Shown: one piece after another, positions 55,429-64,000 of the stretch
How positions within the stretch are numbered: position 1 is the stretch's first letter
How the letters are laid out: every line of letters starts with the position of its first letter
From: Mantamonas sphyraenae STR306
Taxonomy: Eukaryota; Protista; CRuMs
Direction: 5' to 3'
DNA: 64,000 nt
Assembly: GCA_026936335.1 (NCBI GenBank)
Contig: JAPMXV010000043.1
Location: forward strand, 1 to 64,000
The notes under the pieces: generated by a model
Database searches by the model: none
What the model was told of the DNA's origin: nothing
Seen by the model: the letters and a program-made list of their open reading frames with translations, nothing else
Translations under genes and position numbers: made by a program

Positions 55429-56220
55429 ATGTCGCACGCCACCCTCGACATCATCGAACAGCATCCGGCGGGGGCATCCTCTTCCTCCTCCACATCCCCC
55501 TCCTCTTCCTCCTCCATATCCTCCTCCAACAACTCGGCACCGCAGCGGCTGTGGTACCGCGAACTGCACACAGGCGACGAAGACCAGGCACGCAAGCTGC
55601 ATGACACCTGGTTCCCGGTCAAATACGATGACACCTTTTATAAACGACTCCTGGACGGCACCTACATCACCGTGGCGGCCGTAGAGGGGGGCGACGAGGA
55701 CACAGGCGAGATTGTTGGCATTGTTTCCGGCCGCCTGCTCCAAGAGTGGGACGTCACCGAAACCATCTTGGACTTTGCCCCCACCCAAAACCGCAAGCTT
55801 GCGTACATCAGCACACTCGGCGTCATCGACCGCTACCGTCGCCAGGGTGTCGCCACAGAACTGATCCGGCGCTGGACCGGCCTGGTTTCGCAGAACAAGG
55901 ACTGCGAAGCCGTCTATCTCCATGTCATTGGATACAACACCTCTGCACAGGCCTTTTACGAACGCAACGGCTTCCAATGCCTGCGACACAACCCTCGCTT
56001 TTACTCCATTCAGGGCCGCCGCTACGACAGCTTCACGTACGCCTTGTACATCAACGAGGGCCAGCACAAAAACTGCGTCGATCATTGTATAGATTCTTGT
56101 ATCGGCATGGCCCAGTCTCTGTTCTCCCTCTGTGGCTGTGGCGAAGAAGAGGTCCTCGTCATTCCGCGCCTCCATGACGCCCCAGAAGACATTGTTGCCA
56201 CAAATAAGCGATCCAGGTAG
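55429..56220 (+). CDS. NAA60: N-alpha-acetyltransferase 60 (NatF)-like GNAT
   Basis: LHDTWFPVKYDDTFY, AYISTLGVIDRYRRQGVA, AVYLHVIGYN, FYSIQG..YDSFTYALYINEG; Cys-rich C-terminus. Confidence 0.88.
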   Translation: MSHATLDIIEQHPAGASSSSSTSPSSSSSISSSNNSAPQRLWYRELHTGDEDQARKLHDTWFPVKYDDTFYKRLLDGTYITVAAVEGGDEDTGEIVGIVSGRLLQEWDVTETILDFAPTQNRKLAYISTLGVIDRYRRQGVATELIRRWTGLVSQNKDCEAVYLHVIGYNTSAQAFYERNGFQCLRHNPRFYSIQGRRYDSFTYALYINEGQHKNCVDHCIDSCIGMAQSLFSLCGCGEEEVLVIPRLHDAPEDIVATNKRSR

Positions 56221-56477
56221 CCTCATTGGCCGGGTTTGAGCAACGTGTGTGTGCCCTTGTGACTACACGGGCTCAGCTCGGCCTGCAATGAATCGCAAAC
56301 TCGACACTTGCAGGGCGGCACCCCCTCTTTCCCACCAAGCCCCGTTCGGCTCTTCCTTGCACTGCCCTCCTCCGTTCCAACACCCTTCCATAACCCCCAC
56401 ACCCCAAAGGCTGCATGTGCGCACTTTCCGCCTTCCGGTGCCCTTCAAATGCCGTGCGCTCCCTCTGCGCCGATGCA

Positions 56478-56677
56478 ACCAGCTTCTCTGGCCTCTGGCT
56501 TAGATCAAGTGTAGTATCTGTTCTGAATGTTTTGATCAACATTCCGAGGGCTACGGCCCTCGATATGATCATTATAATTTCTCTCGCGGACACAACCTCG
56601 CACTCCGCTAGCTTGCTAGCGCGCGCGGTTGTCGCACTGCCCTGGTCTGCACTAACCACCAGGTTCTGCGGTGCACC
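56478..56677 (+). ncRNA. U2: U2 spliceosomal snRNA, copy 2
   Basis: GCTTCTCTGGCCTCTGGCTTAGATCAAGTGTAGTATCTGTTCT 5' domain with branch-pairing GUAGUA; stem IIa GAATGTT/AACATTC; IIb CGAGGGC-TACG-GCCCTCG; stem III with GCTTGC apex; stem IV CCTGG..TGCAC..CCAGG..GGTGCACC. Confidence 0.96.
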
Positions 56678-56964
56678 GCATCTTTTTTTCCACAAAACAA
56701 GCATCGCCTCCGTGTGAGACATGCAACAAACCAAAGACAAAGAGCGATGGGAGTGTGTGGAGTGTGTGGGGGCCGGGGAAAGTGCTGGGCGGAAAGTGCG
56801 CGCCAAAAAACGAGTGCGATTTTCTGCATGTCAACATGCAGACGCGCGGGCACAGAGGGAGAAGAGGGTTGTTGGGAGAGTGGGCAGGGTGTGTGGAGGT
56901 TGGAAAGGGAGTGGGGGAGGGATGTGAAAGGAGTAAAGACAATGTAGTTTGATGTTTAGCTCGT

Positions 56965-57152
56965 TTGGAACCAAAGTTGTGCACGGTGTTGAAACGAGGC
57001 AGTGAAAGGGCAAAGGGACGGAGGGGTTTTGCAGGCGTGGGAGCGCGGAGGCCCAGCTGGACGGTGCTGTGGGTGCTGTGGGTGCTGGTTGCTGTCGTGT
57101 GTGCGGCGGGCACTCAGGCACATGCGCAGGTTGGACGTGGACGTGGCCATGC
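56965..57152 (+). pseudogene. Duplicated 5' fragment of PIG-K (signal-peptide region only)
   Basis: Matches the PIG-K N-terminus (one V/A difference) up to GRGRGHA, then continues into unrelated sequence. Confidence 0.75.
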
Positions 57153-57257
57153 TTGCATGCCTGCCTGCCGTCCATCTCTCCGCAAGATCCGCACAGCGCC
57201 GGGCTCCCATCACCCACAGGACCCTCATCGCCCGTCTTTGTTGTCTTTGTTCACTAG

Positions 57258-58509
57258 CTACCTCTCCACATCCCCGTGCCCAATGCCAATCCTGCTCATC
57301 CGCTCCCGTTGCAGCTGCTCCTCTGTGGCCAGCAACGCCTCTTCCCTCCTCCTCACTGTGGCCTTGAGCTCATCCACCTCTGTCTCCAGTGTCGACACCC
57401 GTGCTCGCATTTGCTCTTGCTGCCGCTCGCTGTTCTCTCGCATGCGCACAACCTCCCTTTGCTGCATCGTCTGCACCTGCCCGTGCCGCTCCAGCTCCTT
57501 TTTCAGCACCCCCACTGTCCCTCGCAGCGTCTCCACTTGTCGTTCCGCTTCCACGGCACGTCTCTCTGCCCCTTGCAGCTGTTCCGCCTGTTCCCGTGCC
57601 CTCTCCGCCCCGAGCTGCTCCGCCTGCACTTGCGCACGCAGCGCCTCTTGGCTCTTGTGCTGCTCCGCCATCAATTGCGCCCCAAGCCGCATCACTTCGC
57701 TCTCCAGCTTCCCATTGTTCTCCCTCAACCCATCCACCTGAGCCCGCAGCGCGGTCTTTTCCCCGGCCCATTTCCCGGCCTCCTCCCGCCGCCTCTCCCG
57801 CTCATTCCCCTCCCTACGCCGTGCCTCCTCCACACGCTCTTCTGCCTCCCTTGCACACTCATTCCGCACTGCCTCCACCTCCCGCTTGCCCCGCTCCCGC
57901 TCCGCCTCCGTCGCTGCACGTGACTCGGCCAGCGCCCGTTTGCACGTCTCGTGCTGTGCCATCAGAGCATCGCTTTGCTCTCTCAATTGCACCAGCAACT
58001 CCTCTTGCTGTTCCCTCTGTTCCAGCATTTCTCGCACCTGCTGCTCCAACGCCAGCCGTAGCTTCCTCTCCTTCAGGTACTGCCACCTTTGTGTCAGTCC
58101 TCGCATTTCACGCACCCGCTTCCCGCTTCCCATGTCCACTTACTTTGAACGTCATCGCTTGCAGTTCTTCCCCTTCTTCCTCCTCCACGTCTGCCTGCAG
58201 CTCCCTGCTCGCAAACTTCAGGCTCTGAGCCAGCGCGCTGGATTCCTCAAAGCCCGCCGTGCTCTCCTCAAACAGCACTTTTGGCACATGCACCGCCTCG
58301 TCTTCAAACCGCACACTCCGCTGCGACCTTTGCGACTGTGCCAGCTTCGACCGCAGTCCCTCCCACACCGCCTCGTCGTCCTCGGACTCTTCCCCGCTCT
58401 GCCCTCCCAACCCTTCCCCCGCCCCGTCCACCAGCAGCGACCGCTGCACGCTGCTCTCCTGCGCCACAAACCACTCCAGTTCAGACGCCCACGATGTGTC
58501 GTGTTCCAT
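57258..58509 (-). CDS. Coiled-coil protein of unknown function; intron 58080-58143
   Basis: GTAAGT...CTGAC...GGCAG intron joins TFK to YLKERKLRL in frame; E/R/Q-rich heptads. Confidence 0.75.
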
Positions 58510-58592
58510 CCTGTGTTGGTCCACACACCGCATCCTGCCCCACACTCCAACCAACCTTTTTCTTTGGCGTTCCCCCCTGCACGGCTGTCCTC

Positions 58593-59010
58593 ATGTCCCG
58601 TCGCACCCTCACCCTCTTTGCAAACATCTCTCAGGAGATGACCCAGCCCAAGCTGGTCAACGGAAGGTGGCGCAAGCCACAGGTCTCTCGCCGCCGCGCA
58701 GCCGAGTTCCGCAAGCAGCAGGACCCAAGGCCACTCAACACAGAACGTGTCAATGTACAGGGCAAGGGCCGCAAAGCTGATCGCGAAGCTGCACAACGGT
58801 AACTTGGTCCTCCGCCCTTCCTCCTCGTTTCTCCACACCCCAAATTCCCTCGTCTCGCATGTTTTCCGCGTCTCACCCACCTCCCCTGCCCCGCACAGCC
58901 AAGCCAAGATCCAGCAGCTCCTTGCCGATCAGGACAAGATCAAACAAGAGCGAGGCATGAAGAAAAACTCCTCTCAGGACGACGCCTTTGCCCTCCTCGG
59001 CCTGAAATGA
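58593..59010 (+). CDS. Mitochondrial ribosomal protein mL59-like; intron 58799-58898
   Basis: PKLVNGRWRKPQVSRRRAAEFRK and KGRKADREAAQR..KIQQLL resemble mL59 motifs; intron is in phase. Confidence 0.65.
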
Positions 59011-59160
59011 AAACCACACCCGCCAACCACCGCTCCGCCCCACCTGTCCTTGCTCTCCAGCTTTCCGAGGACCTGTCCTCCGCCTCTGTCTCCTTCCACG
59101 CTTCCCAACCACTCTTCCCCTCTCCCTCTTGCTCGCTACCCCGTCCCCAACCCAACAAAC

Positions 59161-59629
59161 ATGGTCAAGGACGACGCGGGTTGCCCACAGTCGCATCCGC
59201 ACGGCCTCGTTGAACCGATCAAAGACAAACAATGTCAACAATAGGGCCCACACAGACCTCCTACAGGTGGCCACCTCCAACAATGCTGCTGCCTCTGGGC
59301 AACCCACCCCCAAGGGCGGATTTGCACAGGCCAAATCCCCAGCTGCCAGCGCACACTCCTCCTCTCACACCCGCTCCACAAACACCCTTTTCAACATGAA
59401 CATTCGTGAGATCGTCGCCTGGTTCCTCTTCATCCTCCTCGTCGTCGTTCCCACTGTCTCTGTCTTTATCGGCTCGCCCCCGGCCGCTTTTTCGGCTCTG
59501 GCACTTGCTCTCGTGACCCCGGCCGTCATCCTCCTCATCGTCTCCCTCCTCTCCCGCCTCCTGCGCCGCCAGGTGCTTTCCCACCCCACCATGGACACTG
59601 CACAGTCCCCGAAGGTATTTGCAACGTGA
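59161..59629 (+). CDS. Two-TM ORF; a small membrane protein or a 5' exon of the downstream channel (start uncertain: 59161 needs an indel, otherwise 59396)
   Basis: IVAWFLFILLVVVPTVSVFIG and FSALALALVTPAVILLIVSLL hydrophobic helices; donor-like GTATTT/GTGACT near its end. Confidence 0.5.
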
Positions 59630-59852
59630 CTATCGCACACACAATCCCTGACCACCCGCCGTTTCCTTTTTCGTCCCGCGCTCACCCCGTTGTCCGCCAC
59701 TCTCAACCCCCCGCCCTTTAACCACACGACGCACGCACGCCTTTCTACCAGAACGCTTCGACCGCGCCGACAGCACAGCCAACCTCGCCGAGCTCTTTTC
59801 CAGGACGACCTCCTCTGCTCGAATCACCTCTCTCGGCAGCCTCAGCCCGCCC

Positions 59853-62800
59853 ATGCACTCCTCCTTCAACGACGCAGACACTCCCCAGACCCCCGCACGC
59901 TCAAACACTGCACGCAATTTTGAGCTCGCTCGCCTCGAGTCCACCATCAACCACAACGAGCTCCTTCAAACCGAGCAGTCTCTCCGCGACAACGTTGGCA
60001 GCACCCTCATGGAACGCGTCAGCATCATCCTCTCCTCCAACAACCAGATAGGCTTCGTCATCGAGTGCTATCAGCTCCTCGTCACCCTGGTCGCCTGCTT
60101 CGACTATCTCATCCTCATCGCCAAAATCCGCTACGACCCCGACGCCCAGATCTATCTCTTTTCAGATCCCAACGACCGCTATGCCCTCGTTCGCATCTTT
60201 CCCCAACTCTTTGTATTCTTCACCTTTGTCTCTGACTTTACCCTCCGCTTCATTGCCGCTCCGAAGCGCCACACCTTTCTCGCACACACCTACAGCCTCG
60301 TCGACCTCCTCATCATCGTACCTCAGGCCCTCATCCCTGACCTCACCGTCCATGTCGGCGACGTCAACCTCGCTCTCCTCACCTCTGCCTTCCGCTTCCT
60401 CCGCATTCAGCGCGCACTCAAACTCCTCGACTCCCCCCCCGTCGTTTTTGCCTTCAACGAGACCAAGCGCACCCTTGTCCAGCTCATCCTCACCATGATT
60501 TGTCTCCTCTGCGTCAGTGCTGGCATCTTTGTCGCCCTCGAGTTTCCCTGCCGCATCGATGGCTGCAGCACCGATCTTCGCCAATTTCACGGCGCCCTCT
60601 ACATGGTCGTCGTCACCATTTCCACAGTGGGCTACGGTGACCTTGCTCCTGTTACGACACCTGGCCGCGTTTGCGTCATGATCCTTATCCTCCTCACAGC
60701 CCTCATCGTCCCCTTCTACGCATCCCGACTCGCCGATCTCTATCGCTCCACTGCCTTTGCCGGCCGCTATAGCCCGCGCCCAGACACAGAGCACGTCCTC
60801 CTCGTCGGCGATGTCACCGTGGACTCCCTCCTTGCCATTGTCAACGAAATCTTTCACGAGGACCGCAAGGAGTGGCAAAACTCTCGACTCGTCATTCTCA
60901 AGGATCAGATGCCCTCCGACAAACTCATCCGCTTGCTCAAGTCTCCCTTTTTCCTTTCCCGAGTCCGCTTCCTCCGTGGCTCCGCACTCAATCCTCTCGA
61001 CCTTGCTCGTGCCAGCGCTGCCACCGCCAAAGCCATCTTTGTCCTTGCCAAGAAGAATGCCCTCGACGTGCCCGGCGCAGACACCGCCACCGTACTTTCC
61101 GCTATTGCCGTGCGCAACGTCAAGCAGGATGCCGCGCCCATGTTTGTGCAAGTCCACCAACCTCACTTTCAGCACATCGCCCGCTCCGCAGGCATCGACA
61201 ATGTCGTCTGCATCACGCGTTTCCGCTGGCAGCTCCTCGCCCAAAACTGTGTCGCGCCAGGCAGTGGCACACTCATCGCCAATCTCCTCAAAAGCTTTGT
61301 CCTCAAAGAGAGCGACGTTTCACGCGCGGCCGGCCAAGCCAACGCCTGGTGGCTCGAATACCGCTTCGGTGCAGGCCACGAGGTGTATTCTTTTGCGTGC
61401 AAGCGCACAGACCGCATCCAGGTCTCTGGCTTTGCCGACATGGCCTACTTTCTCCATCTCCGCTACGGAATCACCCTCATGGCCCTCGCCACTCGCCCTC
61501 CCCGAGGTTACCGCCACCAAGGCCAAGACCTTCGCGTATTTATCAACCCCGGCAGCCGGTACATCATCCGCAACGGCGACCTCCTCTTTGTCATTGCTCA
61601 GGATGCGTCGCAACCCGAGCAGGCACAGCGCGACATGGAAAAACCCGACTTTTACAAGGAGATGGACTTGTGTCTGTTTGACCGCATCCTCTCGCCTGCT
61701 CGCCAGCTCGAGCAGTACCACGAACGCACGGATCCGGCTCTGTACGGCACGGCTGAACACGCCATCGTCCAGCAGCTCATCGACGGAAAGCCGCTCAGCC
61801 ACCAGGTCTCCTTGCAGAAGCGCCGTCTCCTCGTACGCCGTGGCGTCACCTCGGATTACGTCGACCAGCACGCTTCTGTCTCCAAGGCAGCTGACGGGGT
61901 GCGAGCAGGCAAGCGTCGCATGGCCACCACCCCGCATGCATCCCCACAACCAACCATCATTGCCCTCGACTCCGAGTCGGAATCGGATGCATCAGACGTC
62001 CAGTCCAACCGTCCGGCTCAGGATAGTGTCATGCACCCAGACAACCATATCCGGCTGCCCGACGGTCGCGTGTTTCCCATCCGCCCCGTGCAGGACAACA
62101 CCTCGTTTGCATACAACGCCACCATCCGCAGACCTCTCACGAGCGCACTTGTTGCACGTGTGCCCGAAAAGACCCACGGCCACATTGTCGTCTGCGGCGA
62201 CGTCGATGGCTTCGAGTCTTTCCTCGAGGTCATGCGCCGCGAGAACGACATGCCCCAGCGTGTCGTAGTTCTCCTTCTGCAAGCTTTGCCCGCTGTGGAT
62301 CAGTGGGAGCAGATGAGTACGTTTGGCCACGTGTACATCGTTCTCGGCTCGCCGCAGAAACCGGAGGATCGCAAACGTGTCAACATGTCCACAGCCACCG
62401 CCGTCGTCCTCACTGCCAACAGCTCCACGGAACGCCAGAACGGCAAAGAGGTTGACGTCGCCTGGCTGGACTCCCAGTCGCTCATGAACCGCATTGCCGT
62501 CGAGGACTCGCTGCATCCGCGTGCCTTTGTCATGACCGAGCTCCTCTCCAGCAGCAATGTCAAGTTCTTTGAACGCAGCGAGCAGTTCCAACGCGGCTAC
62601 ATCGACTCGTACGCCTTTGCAGAGGGAAGTGTCATCGTTCATGCGCTCATGGATTCCCTCCTGTGCAACATGTACCTCAGCGGTCCCTTTCAGCAGTTTG
62701 TCGAGGCCCTGCTGGGCGACAACCAGCTCCGCCTCTACCGTGTGCCAAATCACTTTGTCGGCGGTACCAACAGCACATATGGCCATCTTTTTGCCTCCCT

Positions 62801-63689
62801 CATGGGCCACCAGCAGATGCTTTGCGTGGCCTTGTACCGCAAGAACGCAAAGAACGGCCGACGGTTCGTCTTTACCGCTCCCGAATTCAACACCAGCCTG
62901 CAAGCTGGAGACATGGTCTTTGTCATCCTGCCCGACACTCGCGTGCAGAACCCTCCATCGAGCAAGCGGCGCCAAACACGCATGCGCTCTGCCACCGATA
63001 TCCGTTCCATGGCCGACGAAATGCAGGTGGAACCCGAACACAGTCTCGGCAAAGGAGTTGGGGACAGACAAGGTCGCAACGATGCCGACGACGACGACGA
63101 CGACGACAAAGACGACGACGAAGGTGCACACATCGACGACATTGACGCTGCCATTGATCGCGGTGTGCTTTCGGAGGGCTTGAGCGAGGAACAAGAACGC
63201 ATGTACGATCAACTCGACTCGTACGCCATGCCCTTGTTGCCCGAAGAGGAGGATGAGGACAGCGATGTCCCATCTACTCCAAGCAACGCCCTGGCCGCTC
63301 CTGCAGGCGAACTGGCCACTCCGGCACACATGCCACGCAGCAACAGCGACGATGAAGTCAGCCCCAATGGGAACGCGGAAGCAACAAGTCACACAGAAAC
63401 GCAGGAGGTCACCGATTTCCAGCTCGAATCCAGTTCCAACGACTCTGTGTCAACCACGGCCAGCAGCTCCACCGAACGAACCGAAGAACGCCCAGCCGCC
63501 ATGGCATCCCCAAGTACAGATGAGGTTACTGCCATGTTCATGGGTGCTGTACACAGCAGCGATGACGACGACGAGGCTGGCATGGCCACGGGTCAGCTCG
63601 CGTCATTGCGCAGTCCCGCAGGCAAACGCCCGCGTCCAAAGGGCGTCAAGACACGCAAGAGGGCTGTGACAATGACATTTGGAGCGTGA
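59853..63689 (+). CDS. Slo/BK-family potassium channel (6TM + two RCK domains)
   Basis: S4 FRFLRIQRALK; pore TISTVGYGDLAP; RCK motifs FLRGSAL...DLARA, LLAQNCVAPGSGTLIANL, GHIVVCG. Confidence 0.93.
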   Translation: MHSSFNDADTPQTPARSNTARNFELARLESTINHNELLQTEQSLRDNVGSTLMERVSIILSSNNQIGFVIECYQLLVTLVACFDYLILIAKIRYDPDAQIYLFSDPNDRYALVRIFPQLFVFFTFVSDFTLRFIAAPKRHTFLAHTYSLVDLLIIVPQALIPDLTVHVGDVNLALLTSAFRFLRIQRALKLLDSPPVVFAFNETKRTLVQLILTMICLLCVSAGIFVALEFPCRIDGCSTDLRQFHGALYMVVVTISTVGYGDLAPVTTPGRVCVMILILLTALIVPFYASRLADLYRSTAFAGRYSPRPDTEHVLLVGDVTVDSLLAIVNEIFHEDRKEWQNSRLVILKDQMPSDKLIRLLKSPFFLSRVRFLRGSALNPLDLARASAATAKAIFVLAKKNALDVPGADTATVLSAIAVRNVKQDAAPMFVQVHQPHFQHIARSAGIDNVVCITRFRWQLLAQNCVAPGSGTLIANLLKSFVLKESDVSRAAGQANAWWLEYRFGAGHEVYSFACKRTDRIQVSGFADMAYFLHLRYGITLMALATRPPRGYRHQGQDLRVFINPGSRYIIRNGDLLFVIAQDASQPEQAQRDMEKPDFYKEMDLCLFDRILSPARQLEQYHERTDPALYGTAEHAIVQQLIDGKPLSHQVSLQKRRLLVRRGVTSDYVDQHASVSKAADGVRAGKRRMATTPHASPQPTIIALDSESESDASDVQSNRPAQDSVMHPDNHIRLPDGRVFPIRPVQDNTSFAYNATIRRPLTSALVARVPEKTHGHIVVCGDVDGFESFLEVMRRENDMPQRVVVLLLQALPAVDQWEQMSTFGHVYIVLGSPQKPEDRKRVNMSTATAVVLTANSSTERQNGKEVDVAWLDSQSLMNRIAVEDSLHPRAFVMTELLSSSNVKFFERSEQFQRGYIDSYAFAEGSVIVHALMDSLLCNMYLSGPFQQFVEALLGDNQLRLYRVPNHFVGGTNSTYGHLFASLMGHQQMLCVALYRKNAKNGRRFVFTAPEFNTSLQAGDMVFVILPDTRVQNPPSSKRRQTRMRSATDIRSMADEMQVEPEHSLGKGVGDRQGRNDADDDDDDDKDDDEGAHIDDIDAAIDRGVLSEGLSEEQERMYDQLDSYAMPLLPEEEDEDSDVPSTPSNALAAPAGELATPAHMPRSNSDDEVSPNGNAEATSHTETQEVTDFQLESSSNDSVSTTASSSTERTEERPAAMASPSTDEVTAMFMGAVHSSDDDDEAGMATGQLASLRSPAGKRPRPKGVKTRKRAVTMTFGA

Positions 63690-63753
63690 TTTCAGGTGAT
63701 CAACAGGTAGACCATTGCTGTGCAGGTCCAATGAAACACGACATTGCCTCTTC

Positions 63754-64000
63754 TCACCCGAGATTCAGCGTCTCCAACGTCTCCTCAAACTTGGCGGCCA
63801 GATGCATGTGCACGTGATGCTGGGCCGGCATTTCAATGACCACCACCTTTCCGTTGGCCTGGATGTGCAGAGACGGGGCCACGTGGAGCGGCATGGCCGC
63901 TGCGGCAAGCATGTTCAGCAGCGACACGCTCTGAGCAAATCCAGCCAGTTGCACTTTGCGCCGCAGCCTCGACTTGGGCAGCAGAGTCCACTTTGGCAGC
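63754..64000 (-). CDS. Partial CDS (3' end), possibly pterin-4a-carbinolamine dehydratase-like fold
   Basis: LPKW....LRRKVQLAGFAQSVSLLN....LHVAP....VVVI....HLAAKFE loosely fits the PCD pattern but lacks HHP. Confidence 0.4.
   Translation of the reverse strand, partial: LPKWTLLPKSRLRRKVQLAGFAQSVSLLNMLAAAAMPLHVAPSLHIQANGKVVVIEMPAQHHVHMHLAAKFEETLETLNLG

Larger units (their letters stand above)
56315..57152. repeat. Right arm of the inverted duplication
   Basis: Reverse complement of 49132-49970. Confidence 0.97.

Noticed and set aside
49132-57152. Composite transposon interpretation of the inverted arms
   Set aside because: Arms consist of host U2 and PIG-K sequence; no transposase or target-site duplication seen
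1-64000. Alternative genetic code or Euplotes-type AAA-TAR frameshifting
   Set aside because: TAA, TAG and TGA all end conserved genes, no conserved domain has an in-frame stop, and the frame breaks are not at AAA-stop motifs
1-64000. CRISPR arrays, tRNA or rRNA genes, retroelement ORFs
   Set aside because: No repeat-spacer structure, cloverleaf, rRNA signature or RT/integrase motifs recognised by eye

Overview
This is the left end of a chromosome from a GC-rich, very gene-dense microbial eukaryote (standard genetic code, TTAGGG telomere at 1-187, short GT-AG introns, intergenic gaps often under 100 nt). About 26 protein-coding genes follow the telomere. First come an orphan subtelomeric repeat protein, an F-box-like protein, a P450, a NIPA transporter, a degenerate nucleotide cyclase, an LRR-ankyrin-multi-TM protein, a degenerate prolyl hydroxylase and a C2H2 factor. 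Next are WDR54-like, RPB6, DDX56, SHQ1, a WD40/coiled-coil protein and a giant secreted polycationic protein with five GDPH/VWD-like modules. The right part holds FANCI, STAG/SCC3, GPI8/PIG-K, MCRS1, NUP43, PIG-G, NAA60, a coiled-coil protein, mL59-like, a Slo/BK K+ channel and a partial PCD-like gene. An ~839-bp near-perfect inverted duplication (49132-49970 / 56315-57152) carries a U2 snRNA gene in each arm and brackets a four-gene 6.3-kb block. Most notable: (1) the ~2720-aa Arg/Lys-rich secreted GDPH polyprotein with acidic islands; (2) the U2 snRNA with a U7-like non-canonical Sm site and a downstream T7 run, inside a potentially invertible cassette; (3) C/G strand-skew domains that ignore gene orientation; (4) several single-base frameshifts in conserved genes (probably assembly errors, recoding not excluded); (5) (CA)n-rich 3' splice sites. 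All family calls come from motif recognition by eye; no searches were run.
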